Below are positions 33,980 through 41,627 of a DNA stretch of 52,652 nucleotides, piece after piece. Source of the stretch: Bradymonadales bacterium (GTDB lineage: Bacteria; Myxococcota_A; UBA9042; PWKZ01); the NCBI GenBank assembly GCA_003559575.1, contig PWKZ01000080.1, positions 1 through 52,652 of the forward strand, in the 5' to 3' direction. The notes under the pieces are model-generated. The model had not been told where the DNA came from. It worked only from the letters and a program-made list of their open reading frames with translations, and made no database searches. Within the stretch, counting starts at the first letter, position 1. Each line of letters starts with the position of its first letter. The position numbers and the translations under genes are program-made.

Positions 33980-36115
33980 ATGCGACGCGCCCAATGCGGC
34001 CATCCTCAAAAAGTTTTGTTTCGGTGGATCCCCGTGGTGCTGTTGGTAACGGCCTGCGCGACGGGTGTCGACGACCAGGCGCTCGAGGGCGACGCGGTGG
34101 GCCGCGACGTTACCGTGGGGCTGCCCGATACCGTCGACGAACCGGGAAGCGACATCTCCAAGCCGGACGTGGACTTTCGCGAGGAAGTGGTCGACCGGCC
34201 GGACGTGGATGAGGGTGAGGTGAAGCCTCCCTCGCTCGCTTGCGACGACGGCGATCCTTGTACCTATGGCGATCGGATGGTGGACGGTGTCTGCGTGGGG
34301 ACGCCGTACACATGCGATGACGGCAAGGATTGCACCGCGAATGTTTGCGACGGGCTCGGCGGCTGCAAGTATAATCTCAAGGACGGCTACTGTCTCGTGC
34401 GGGGCGTGTGCGCCGAGGACGGCGAGTCGCCCGCCTGGGCGCCGTGCCTCGTTTGCGACGTCTCAGCGGCCACCGACGAGTGGACCGAGCGCGACGGCGA
34501 GTGCGACGACGGCGATCCGTGCACCGCCAACAATCTCTGCGAGGCGGGGGTCTGCGTCGGCGAGCCCGTGGTCTGCGACGACGGCAACCCTTGCACCACC
34601 GGCTGGTGCGATCCCGCTGAGGGCTGCGTCTTCACCCCCAACGCGCTCTCGTGCGACGATGGCGACGCCTGCACCGTCGGCGACTACTGCCACGACGGGG
34701 AGTGCCGGTCGGGGGCCGCGCGCCTCGACTGCGACGACGGCAACCCCTGCACCTCGAACGACTGCGATCCCGCAATGGGCTGTCTTGCAACCGACCTGCC
34801 CGACGGCGACGAGTGTGACGACGGCGACGCCTGCACGGTCGGCGCGTTTTGTCTGGACGGTATCTGCCAGGGGGCGCTCACCAAAAATTGCGACGACGGC
34901 AACTCGTGCACCTTCAACTGGTGCGATCCGATAAGCGGCTGCCAGGCGGAGTTGGATGTGGACAACCCTTGCTGTACTTCCGGCACCAACCCCTGCGACG
35001 ACGGCAACCCCTGCACCTTGAACGAGTGCAACCTGGAGGATGGTTCCTGCGAGGACATCCCGCTCGACGGCGAGCCGTGCGACGACGGCAACATTTGCAC
35101 CGCCACCGGGATCTGCGACGACGACGTCTGCGTTCCCGGGCCGGAGGTCGATTGCGACGACGGCAACCCCTGCACCTTCAACTGGTGCGATCCCGACCGC
35201 GGCTGCCGCAGTGAGCCGCTCGACCCCGGCAGTCCCTGCGAGCACCCCGACGAGTGTGTCGTGGACGCCGCCTGCGTGGACGGCGCCTGTGTCGGGGAGC
35301 GGCTCTCGTGCGTCGAGTGCCCGCCGCCGTTCTACAACCCGCTCAACATCGCGACCTCACTGGCGATAGGGACCGACGGGCACCCGGGCAGCGGACTTGA
35401 TGTGGACGGTGATCCCGACACCTGTGCCCCGGCGGCCAATTGCAGCGCCGGCGTCGACAACCAGTTCGCCCAGTCTCTAGGGATCCTCAACTCATTCATC
35501 GATGTGAACCAGACCCTGAGTGAGGCGGTCGCCGACGGGGACGTCAACATCTTGTTCGAGCACCGCGCGCCGGTGTTCGACGGCGGCGCCTACGAGCTGG
35601 CGGTGGTCATCGGTGAGCGGGCGCAGCCCGCCTGTGACCCTCTGGTCGAGCTGTGCCCCTACCTGGTGCTCGACGGGAGCTTTGTGGACGATCCTCCCTG
35701 CGAGGCGCTCATCAGGTTCGGCGACACCCGAATCGAGGACGGGGTGTTGACGGCGGGGGGGCCCGGATCGCGGTTTGGCATCTCGTTGCCGTTCATGGAG
35801 GGGGTCATGCTCGAGTTGACTCTCTACAACGCGCGCCTCGAGGCTCAGGTGACTGAGGAGGACGGCGCCGTGGTCGCCATGGCGCAAGGGCTAATCGGGG
35901 GCGCCATCCGCCGGCAGGACGTCGTCGATCTGGTCAACGCCCTACCGGACGAGGTGTTTGAAGACCTGCCGGTCACCCGCGAGTTGATAGTCGGGCTGCT
36001 GCCCTCGGTCTTCGTGACCGACATCGACACCACCGGCGACGGTGACCCCGACGCCACCTCGATCGGCCTCGAGTTCGAGGCGCGCGCCGCCCAAGTCACC
36101 GGCGTGGCGCCGTAG
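33980..36115 (+). CDS. Second cysteine-rich-repeat lipoprotein (paralogous N-terminal architecture, different C-terminal domain)
   Basis: ATG is preceded by GAGGAG, 17 nt after the upstream stop. Signal and lipobox IPVVLLVTAC. About 11 CDDG(D/N)xCT modules. Shares with the upstream protein the segment G.C...GE....PC..C.....DEWT. The C-terminal domain of about 265 aa is distinct. Confidence 0.8.
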   Translation: MRRAQCGHPQKVLFRWIPVVLLVTACATGVDDQALEGDAVGRDVTVGLPDTVDEPGSDISKPDVDFREEVVDRPDVDEGEVKPPSLACDDGDPCTYGDRMVDGVCVGTPYTCDDGKDCTANVCDGLGGCKYNLKDGYCLVRGVCAEDGESPAWAPCLVCDVSAATDEWTERDGECDDGDPCTANNLCEAGVCVGEPVVCDDGNPCTTGWCDPAEGCVFTPNALSCDDGDACTVGDYCHDGECRSGAARLDCDDGNPCTSNDCDPAMGCLATDLPDGDECDDGDACTVGAFCLDGICQGALTKNCDDGNSCTFNWCDPISGCQAELDVDNPCCTSGTNPCDDGNPCTLNECNLEDGSCEDIPLDGEPCDDGNICTATGICDDDVCVPGPEVDCDDGNPCTFNWCDPDRGCRSEPLDPGSPCEHPDECVVDAACVDGACVGERLSCVECPPPFYNPLNIATSLAIGTDGHPGSGLDVDGDPDTCAPAANCSAGVDNQFAQSLGILNSFIDVNQTLSEAVADGDVNILFEHRAPVFDGGAYELAVVIGERAQPACDPLVELCPYLVLDGSFVDDPPCEALIRFGDTRIEDGVLTAGGPGSRFGISLPFMEGVMLELTLYNARLEAQVTEEDGAVVAMAQGLIGGAIRRQDVVDLVNALPDEVFEDLPVTRELIVGLLPSVFVTDIDTTGDGDPDATSIGLEFEARAAQVTGVAP
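34241..35317 (+). repeat. Intragenic array of Cys-rich modules in the second lipoprotein gene
   Basis: Same tgcgacgacggcaacccctgcac-type motif recurring about 11 times. Coordinates derived from residues 88-446. Confidence 0.8.
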
Positions 36116-36188
36116 CGGTCTGGAATCGGGACCGAACTCCAGCCAGGGCGGACAAGGAGCCGCTTTTGTAGCGCGGGCCCCGGTTCGT

Positions 36189-36211
36189 GCCCGAGCCCGA
36201 GCCCGAGCCCG
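36189..36211. repeat. Short intergenic (GCCCGA)n microsatellite, about 3.8 units
   Basis: gcccgagcccgagcccgagcccg read directly. Its CCCGAG unit is the reverse complement of the CTCGGG-type units in the 4622-4735 coding array. Confidence 0.8.
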
Positions 36212-36489
36212 TCCGAAACGACTCCTCAGGGTTGGCACCTCCTCCGCCCGGGCAGAATAAGGCGATCACGACAACGATCACGACCAGAAGACGGCGGTCC
36301 CGTGACCGTGTCCTGAGGCGCGGAGCGCCGACACCCTCTGTGACATGATCGCGCGGAGCCTGGCCGTGGTGGCGTCGGCGGATTGTTTGGCGGAGCCCAG
36401 GATCTTGGCCCACCGATTGCACGCCGATTGCGATCGTTGTCTCCCGTGAGAATGTTGCCGATGAAGCTCGGTGGCACCCCGGAGGATCC

Positions 36490-37638
36490 ATGAGCACACC
36501 CCGAGACAGTACGAGCGCCACCGCTGAGCTGGAGCGCGAGCGGGTCGCCCGAATCGAGTTGCTGCGGCGGGCGGGGGGCGCTCCGGCGGCGCTTCGCGCC
36601 GCGGTGGCGCGCGGCGGCGTGGCGCGCGCGGCGCCAACCGTACAGTGCGGACCCGAACACGTTGCCGCCGAAGCGGCGCGGCCATTGGACCTCGAGCAAA
36701 CGCAAGCGCTCATTCCGGGAGATCCCGGCTGGCCGGAGCAGCTTTGTCACCTGCGGTCGCCGCCCGCGCTACTGTTCGTGAGAGGGTGTTGGCCTCTCTC
36801 GGGCCGCGCCCTCGCGGTCGTGGGGTCGCGCGAGATCGACCCTTACGGTGAGTGGGTGACTCGTTCGTTGGTGCGCGCGGCCGTCGGCGCCGGGTGGATC
36901 ATCGTGAGTGGCGGTGCCCGGGGAGTCGACACCCTGGCCCACGAGGTCGCCCTGGATTGTGGCGGCGCCACCGTGGTGGTCCTCGGCGCCGGGGTGCTGC
37001 GCCCCTATCCGCGTGAAAACTACGACCTCTTCGAGCGAGTCCGGAATGGCGGGGGAGCGTTGATCTCCGAATACCTCCCGCGCCACGCGCCCCGACCAGC
37101 GCAGTTCCCGGAGCGCAACCGAATCATCGCCGCCCTGGCCGACACACTCCTCGTGACCCAGGCCCGCCGGCGGAGCGGGGCACTGATAACGGCCCGCCAC
37201 GCCCGCCAACTTGGACGCCCGGTCCTCGCCGTGCCGGGCGACATCGATCTGCGACTGACATCCGGCACCAACGCCCTGCTGGCGAGTGGTGCTCACGTGG
37301 TGACGGGGCCGATTCACCTCGCGACTCTCCTGGGGCGGGCACCGCTCGGCGACCGGCGGGCGCTCGACCACTGGCCCCGCGACCCCGAGCCGGAGGGATA
37401 TAGGGGGGGCGATCCCCGGCGCGAGACCGCTTTTCGCGACGCGGGCCGAGTGGTGGCGGGACCGCCGGAGCTCGAGTGGCTCTGGCGGCCGTTGGCGGAG
37501 CAGCCGAGGATGCCGGTGGACGATCTGGTGGCAGCGACCGGACGACCGACCCCCGAGGTCCTTCGCGCGATAGTCGAGTTGGAGCTTGGCGACGTGCTGC
37601 GGCGATTGCCGAACGGTGAGGTCCAATTGATAAATTGA
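36490..37638 (+). CDS. dprA: DNA-processing protein DprA (Smf)
   Basis: ATG is preceded by GGAGG. GSREIDPYG, IVSGGARGVDTLAHEVAL, VVVLGAGVLRPYPREN and QFPERNRIIAALADTLLVTQARRRSGALITARHARQLGRPVLAVPGDI form the canonical DprA Rossmann-like core. Confidence 0.88.
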   Translation: MSTPRDSTSATAELERERVARIELLRRAGGAPAALRAAVARGGVARAAPTVQCGPEHVAAEAARPLDLEQTQALIPGDPGWPEQLCHLRSPPALLFVRGCWPLSGRALAVVGSREIDPYGEWVTRSLVRAAVGAGWIIVSGGARGVDTLAHEVALDCGGATVVVLGAGVLRPYPRENYDLFERVRNGGGALISEYLPRHAPRPAQFPERNRIIAALADTLLVTQARRRSGALITARHARQLGRPVLAVPGDIDLRLTSGTNALLASGAHVVTGPIHLATLLGRAPLGDRRALDHWPRDPEPEGYRGGDPRRETAFRDAGRVVAGPPELEWLWRPLAEQPRMPVDDLVAATGRPTPEVLRAIVELELGDVLRRLPNGEVQLIN

Positions 37639-37659
37639 CAGCGCTGTGAGCCCCGGTCT

Positions 37660-38898
37660 ATGGTTTTTCAAGCGTCTCGCGGCGTGAGCATGCGCCACAT
37701 GGAGTCCCAATCGATGGCTCTCGTGCTACGTTCGACAGCGTTTTGGGTTTTGGCGTGTTGGCTTTTCTTGACGCCGGGCCACGTCGCGGCCGGCACCACC
37801 GGCTCCCAGAGCGAGGAGGAAGCCGACCTCATCCTGCGTGTCCAGGCGCTCTATGATCGGGGCAGCCGACTCTACGCCGAGCGAGCCTACGCCGAGGCGG
37901 TGATCTTCTTCGAGCAGGCGCTCGAGCTAATCCAGGTGCCCGATATTCACTACAACATCGCGCGCAGCTACGAGCGGCTGGCCCAGTATGGGCGCGCCAT
38001 CGAGCATTTTGAGGCTTACTTGGCGCTCCACATGGAGCAAGAGGGGCGCGCGGCCCCCGACCTGGCGGACGTGGAGCAGGTGTTGCGCGACCTCAGGCGC
38101 CGCGCGGCGCCGCCCGAGGTCAAGCTGAGCGTCGTCACCGAGCCGCCGGGGGCCGACGTCTATCTCGACAGCCGCGACACTGTGCGGGGCCAGACCCCGT
38201 TCGAGATCGAGCTCGAGCACGGTGTCTATACCGTCATTCTGGAGGCCGAGGAGTATGAGCCGGTCGAGCGGCAGATCGAGCTGAGGCGCGGCGAACCTCA
38301 GAGCTTGACCTTCAGGCTGCGGCGGCGGACCGATTTGGGGAGGCTGCTGTTCGACATCAACGTCCGCGGCGCTCGCATCTATGTCCAGGGGCAGGTCAAG
38401 GGGCTCACCCCCTACCCCGAGGAGATCCCGGTGCCGGCCGGTCGCCGTCAGGTGACGATCGAGAAGGACCGCTACACGACCCTCAGCCGAGTGGTCGAGG
38501 TGACCGCGGGCGAGACCAAGGTTGTCCGCGAGAATCTACATCTGGACAGCCCGCCCTATTCGTGGCGCGGCTACCTCGGCTGGACCTTCGTGGGGTTCGG
38601 TCTCGCCGGCATCGGCGGCGGAGTGACCATCAAGCTCGTGGGCGACGGCCGTTACTTCCGGGACGAGTCGGCGTTCAAGGATTTGCAGCTTTATCAGAAC
38701 CTGTCCTTTGGTCTCGGCGGAGCGCTCATGGGGCTCGGGACGGCGCTCGTTATCTGGGAATACGCCCGCGACGCGGTGGACTCCGACGATCTCGTGCCGC
38801 GCTCCGAGCGCATTCGCGCCGGCAGTGAGCCTCCGCCGGTGGCGGTGCACGTCACGCCGGGGGGCGGCGTTGGGCTGAGCGGTCAATTCCTGTTCTGA
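37660..38898 (+). CDS. Secreted TPR plus tandem PEGA-domain protein with a C-terminal membrane anchor
   Basis: Signal-like MALVLRSTAFWVLACWLFLTPGHVAAG (the true start may be an internal ATG at 37690-37714). TPR-like YAEAVIFFEQALELIQVPDIHYNIARSYERLAQYGRAIEHFEAYL. PEGA motifs PPGADVYLDSRDTVRGQTP and RGARIYVQGQVKGLTP. C-terminal TM segments. Confidence 0.7.
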   Translation: MVFQASRGVSMRHMESQSMALVLRSTAFWVLACWLFLTPGHVAAGTTGSQSEEEADLILRVQALYDRGSRLYAERAYAEAVIFFEQALELIQVPDIHYNIARSYERLAQYGRAIEHFEAYLALHMEQEGRAAPDLADVEQVLRDLRRRAAPPEVKLSVVTEPPGADVYLDSRDTVRGQTPFEIELEHGVYTVILEAEEYEPVERQIELRRGEPQSLTFRLRRRTDLGRLLFDINVRGARIYVQGQVKGLTPYPEEIPVPAGRRQVTIEKDRYTTLSRVVEVTAGETKVVRENLHLDSPPYSWRGYLGWTFVGFGLAGIGGGVTIKLVGDGRYFRDESAFKDLQLYQNLSFGLGGALMGLGTALVIWEYARDAVDSDDLVPRSERIRAGSEPPPVAVHVTPGGGVGLSGQFLF

Positions 38899-38916
38899 GA
38901 AAGAGAGAGCTTGGGC

Positions 38917-40038
38917 ATGTGGAAGCCTTCACCGGCTCTTGAAATGATCCTAATCATCTCGACCGTTGCTCTCTTCGGTTGCATTGAGGGCAAGCCGACA
39001 CCGCGAGAGACTACGATGGTCGAGGTGACCGATGACCTCGTGTTCCTTTTCGGCGACGAAAAGATCTGCCACAACGAGAGTGTTGCGCCCCAGAACCGCT
39101 TTGACTGCGACAACTTGCAAGACGGAGTGATCATCAGCAAGGTCTACCCGGCCATCATGGTCAGTCTGGAGCCGTTTGCCATCGACGCCCATGAGGTCAC
39201 CAACCTGCAGTATCGCTATTGCGTCGCCATGGGCGGCTGCCGGCCGCCCGAGTTCTCCAACACTCAACAGATAACCGACTACTACAACAACAGCCGCTAC
39301 GATGACTTCCCTGTGGTCAACGTGACCTTCGAGGCCGCCCGGGAGTACTGCGAGTTCGTGGGTAAACGTCTGCCCACCGAGTACGAATGGGAGCGAGTGG
39401 CGGCCGGCGGCGCGAGAGCGCCGGGCGCCAAACGCATCTATCCGTTCGAGGCCGATCCCTATTCCGTCAGCGCTTGTGTCGGCGAGGACGCGGCGATCTT
39501 CTACTGCAACCAGGATCGCAACCCCCGCCCGGTGGCAAGCTCCGACTACGACCGGGTCGCGGTGGGCGACGGCTATGTCTTCGATCTCGGTGGTAACGTG
39601 CGCGAGTGGGTGCTCGATCGTTGGCAGGAGGGGGTCACCTGCGAGCACGATTTGGCCGATTGTCGGGATTGTTTCGCGTGCGACCTCAATCTCGACTCGC
39701 GCTGCCTCATCGAGTGCAGGCTCTGCCCCGAGTGCGACGCCAACCCGGAGATCTGCTTCAGGCAGTGCGCCGGCCGCTCCACCGAAAAGCCGGAGGTGGT
39801 CTCGGGTTTCCCCATTTGTTTGAAATATGACGGTCACCGCTCCTGCGGCGTTTCAGACGACGGCGAGAGCACCTGCGCGCCGTCCACTTCGCCCCACCGC
39901 GCCGTGCGTGGCGGTAGCTACTTGACCGGTGAAACCCAGACTTGCCTGCTGCGGGCCACCGATCGCTCTCAGCGCCGGGTGGCCGATGAGATCAACAACG
40001 ACCTGGGCTTCCGCTGTGCCAGGTCATTAGAGCTCTGA
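38917..40038 (+). CDS. FGE-sulfatase (SUMF1/formylglycine-generating-enzyme family) domain lipoprotein with a Cys-rich insert
   Basis: ATG at 38917 (the track start is TTG at 38911) gives MWKPSPALEMILIISTVALFGC (lipobox). FAIDAHEVTNLQY, FPVVNVTFEAAREYCEFVGKRLPTEYEWE, GNVREWVLD, RAVRGGSY and FRCARS are typical FGE-domain blocks. Confidence 0.75.
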   Translation: MWKPSPALEMILIISTVALFGCIEGKPTPRETTMVEVTDDLVFLFGDEKICHNESVAPQNRFDCDNLQDGVIISKVYPAIMVSLEPFAIDAHEVTNLQYRYCVAMGGCRPPEFSNTQQITDYYNNSRYDDFPVVNVTFEAAREYCEFVGKRLPTEYEWERVAAGGARAPGAKRIYPFEADPYSVSACVGEDAAIFYCNQDRNPRPVASSDYDRVAVGDGYVFDLGGNVREWVLDRWQEGVTCEHDLADCRDCFACDLNLDSRCLIECRLCPECDANPEICFRQCAGRSTEKPEVVSGFPICLKYDGHRSCGVSDDGESTCAPSTSPHRAVRGGSYLTGETQTCLLRATDRSQRRVADEINNDLGFRCARSLEL

Positions 40039-40112
40039 GTCGGAAGTCGGCGGCAGGTTCGCTCCGACCCGCCTCGCCGGGCGCTCTCGACCTTGATGTC
40101 GCCGCAGCGTGC

Positions 40113-41219
40113 CTACACGATGGGGCTTGGGCGCGCCAAATAGGCTTCGAGATCCTCATCGGTCGCGTTCAGCGCGAGCCCGAAGCGAGGATCGGCCATG
40201 TTCCGCTGGAGGGCTTCTAGAAGATTGCGGGTGATGGGCCCCACCAGCCCATCTCCCACCGGCACCCCCTTGACCCCGATGACAGGCATCAAGCCGGCGC
40301 CGGTGCCGGTCAAAAACACTTCACGCTCCGCGCCCACCATGTCGATCGGCAGCATGTCGGGCACTTCTTCCACGCGGTAGCCCGCCCGGCGGGCCTCCAT
40401 CATTACTATATTGCGCGTAATTCCCACGAGACAGTACTCGGGGCTAGGGGTCTTGAGCGTCACCTGTGACGGGTCCTCGAGCCAGCCGGGCAGCCGCTCG
40501 ATGACGAAGATATTGTCGGCCGATGCCTCGGCCACCGCGCCGCCGGGAGTCAACATCAACGTCTCGAGCCTCTCCTGATCCTTGGTCTCGATGAGCGCGA
40601 AAATATTGTTGAGGTAGTTGTTGCTCTTGATGTTGGGGTCCACGAACTGCCGAGTGGCTCGCCGCGCGTTGCGCGCGATGCTGATTTCAATCCCGACCTC
40701 GTACTTCTCCGGGGGGTAGAGGCGGATGGTCGAGGCGATGCAGTAGAATGTCGGCGCGACGCACTTGCTCGGATGAATCCCGAGGTTGCCGAACCCGCGG
40801 GTCAGCACGGGGCGCAGATACCCCTTCTCCTCCTGCGAGAAGCCGACCGCCTGAACGGTGCGCAGAATGAACCGCGCGAGAGTCGCCATGTCGTAGGGGA
40901 TCCGGATCATCATCCGCTCGGCCGAGACGTACAGCCGCTCCAGGTGCTCCTTGAGTGTGAAGATCCGGCCGTTTATCACCAATATGCCCTCGAACACGGC
41001 GTCGCCATACAGGCCGCCGTGGTCGAGGGGCGAGAGCGGCGCTTCGTCCATTCTGAAAATGCCGTGTCGCCGCGGCACGCACTCGCCGCAATCAACGGCC
41101 TCGACCCGCTCTAGGTCGCCAAAAATGCGAGGTGTCAGGCCTTCGATATAGGGCATGCTGACAAAGACTCGGGCTTTCTCACTGATCTGTCGAAGCTCGG
41201 TTACGACGGGGTGCAACAT
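40113..41219 (-). CDS. Class IV (branched-chain/D-amino-acid) aminotransferase family protein
   Basis: ATG at 41219 is preceded by AAGGAG at ideal spacing (the track start at 41225 is GTG). GLYGDAVFEGILVINGRIFTLKEHLERLYVSA, YLRPVLTRG, ADNIFVIE, GITRN and EVFLTGTGAGLMPV match fold-type IV PLP enzymes. Confidence 0.82.
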   Translation of the reverse strand: MLHPVVTELRQISEKARVFVSMPYIEGLTPRIFGDLERVEAVDCGECVPRRHGIFRMDEAPLSPLDHGGLYGDAVFEGILVINGRIFTLKEHLERLYVSAERMMIRIPYDMATLARFILRTVQAVGFSQEEKGYLRPVLTRGFGNLGIHPSKCVAPTFYCIASTIRLYPPEKYEVGIEISIARNARRATRQFVDPNIKSNNYLNNIFALIETKDQERLETLMLTPGGAVAEASADNIFVIERLPGWLEDPSQVTLKTPSPEYCLVGITRNIVMMEARRAGYRVEEVPDMLPIDMVGAEREVFLTGTGAGLMPVIGVKGVPVGDGLVGPITRNLLEALQRNMADPRFGLALNATDEDLEAYLARPSPIV

Positions 41220-41344
41220 ATTCACTCTCCTTCGTCACTCGGCGCGGTTCGGCAAAGGCCGGGTAGCGAAACTTACTAACGGTCGCCCCACGGGTCAAGG
41301 CAGAGCGGCGAGACCTGCGATTGCTTCGATTTTTGGCTCTCGAT

Positions 41345-41522
41345 CCTCAATCCTCCACTCTGTCCGAGGACCGAGGGGAGTGAGGCGGGTGCAAGTGCAA
41401 GGAAACAAGCCAAATCGAGCGGAGGCGTAGCGGCGCTACGTCGAGCATCGATTTGGTGAAGGTGACGCAGCAGATGTGCCCGGATCGCTTCCCGAATCCC
41501 GGAAAAGGGTGGAGGATTGAGG
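41345..41522 (+). repeat. Palindromic intergenic repeat, subfamily 2, copy E (full length, 178 bp)
   Basis: Termini are CCTCAATCCTCCAC (41345-41358) and GTGGAGGATTGAGG (41509-41522). Core is TGCAAGGAAACAAGCC, inner stem CCAAATCGA/TCGATTTGG, apex GTAGC-GGC-GCTAC. Confidence 0.9.
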
Positions 41523-41627
41523 TGATGCCGGCGGTTGACGCGACTGCGCGGAGCGGGGATCATGCGGCTTGCGAATTGGCGCCTACCCGGCGCGGCGCAT
41601 TCATTCCACCCTCGAGGAGATGTCCCC

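Noticed and set aside
36096-36350. Minus-strand reading frame encoding RRLLVVIVVVIALFCPGGGGANPEESFRTGSGSGSG, which looks like a lipoprotein signal peptide, in the 374-nt gap upstream of dprA.
   Set aside because: No ATG, GTG or TTG lies in frame upstream of the hydrophobic segment. The lipobox is non-canonical (Phe at -1). The frame overlaps the end of the preceding gene, and the GSGSGS part is just the (GCCCGA)n microsatellite.
36413-36431. Direct repeat CCGATTGC-N3-CCGATTGC about 60-75 nt upstream of dprA, a possible regulator binding site.
   Set aside because: An 8-mer repeated within about 20 nt is expected several times by chance in 52 kb (my rough estimate is on the order of ten). There is no supporting palindrome or conservation evidence.
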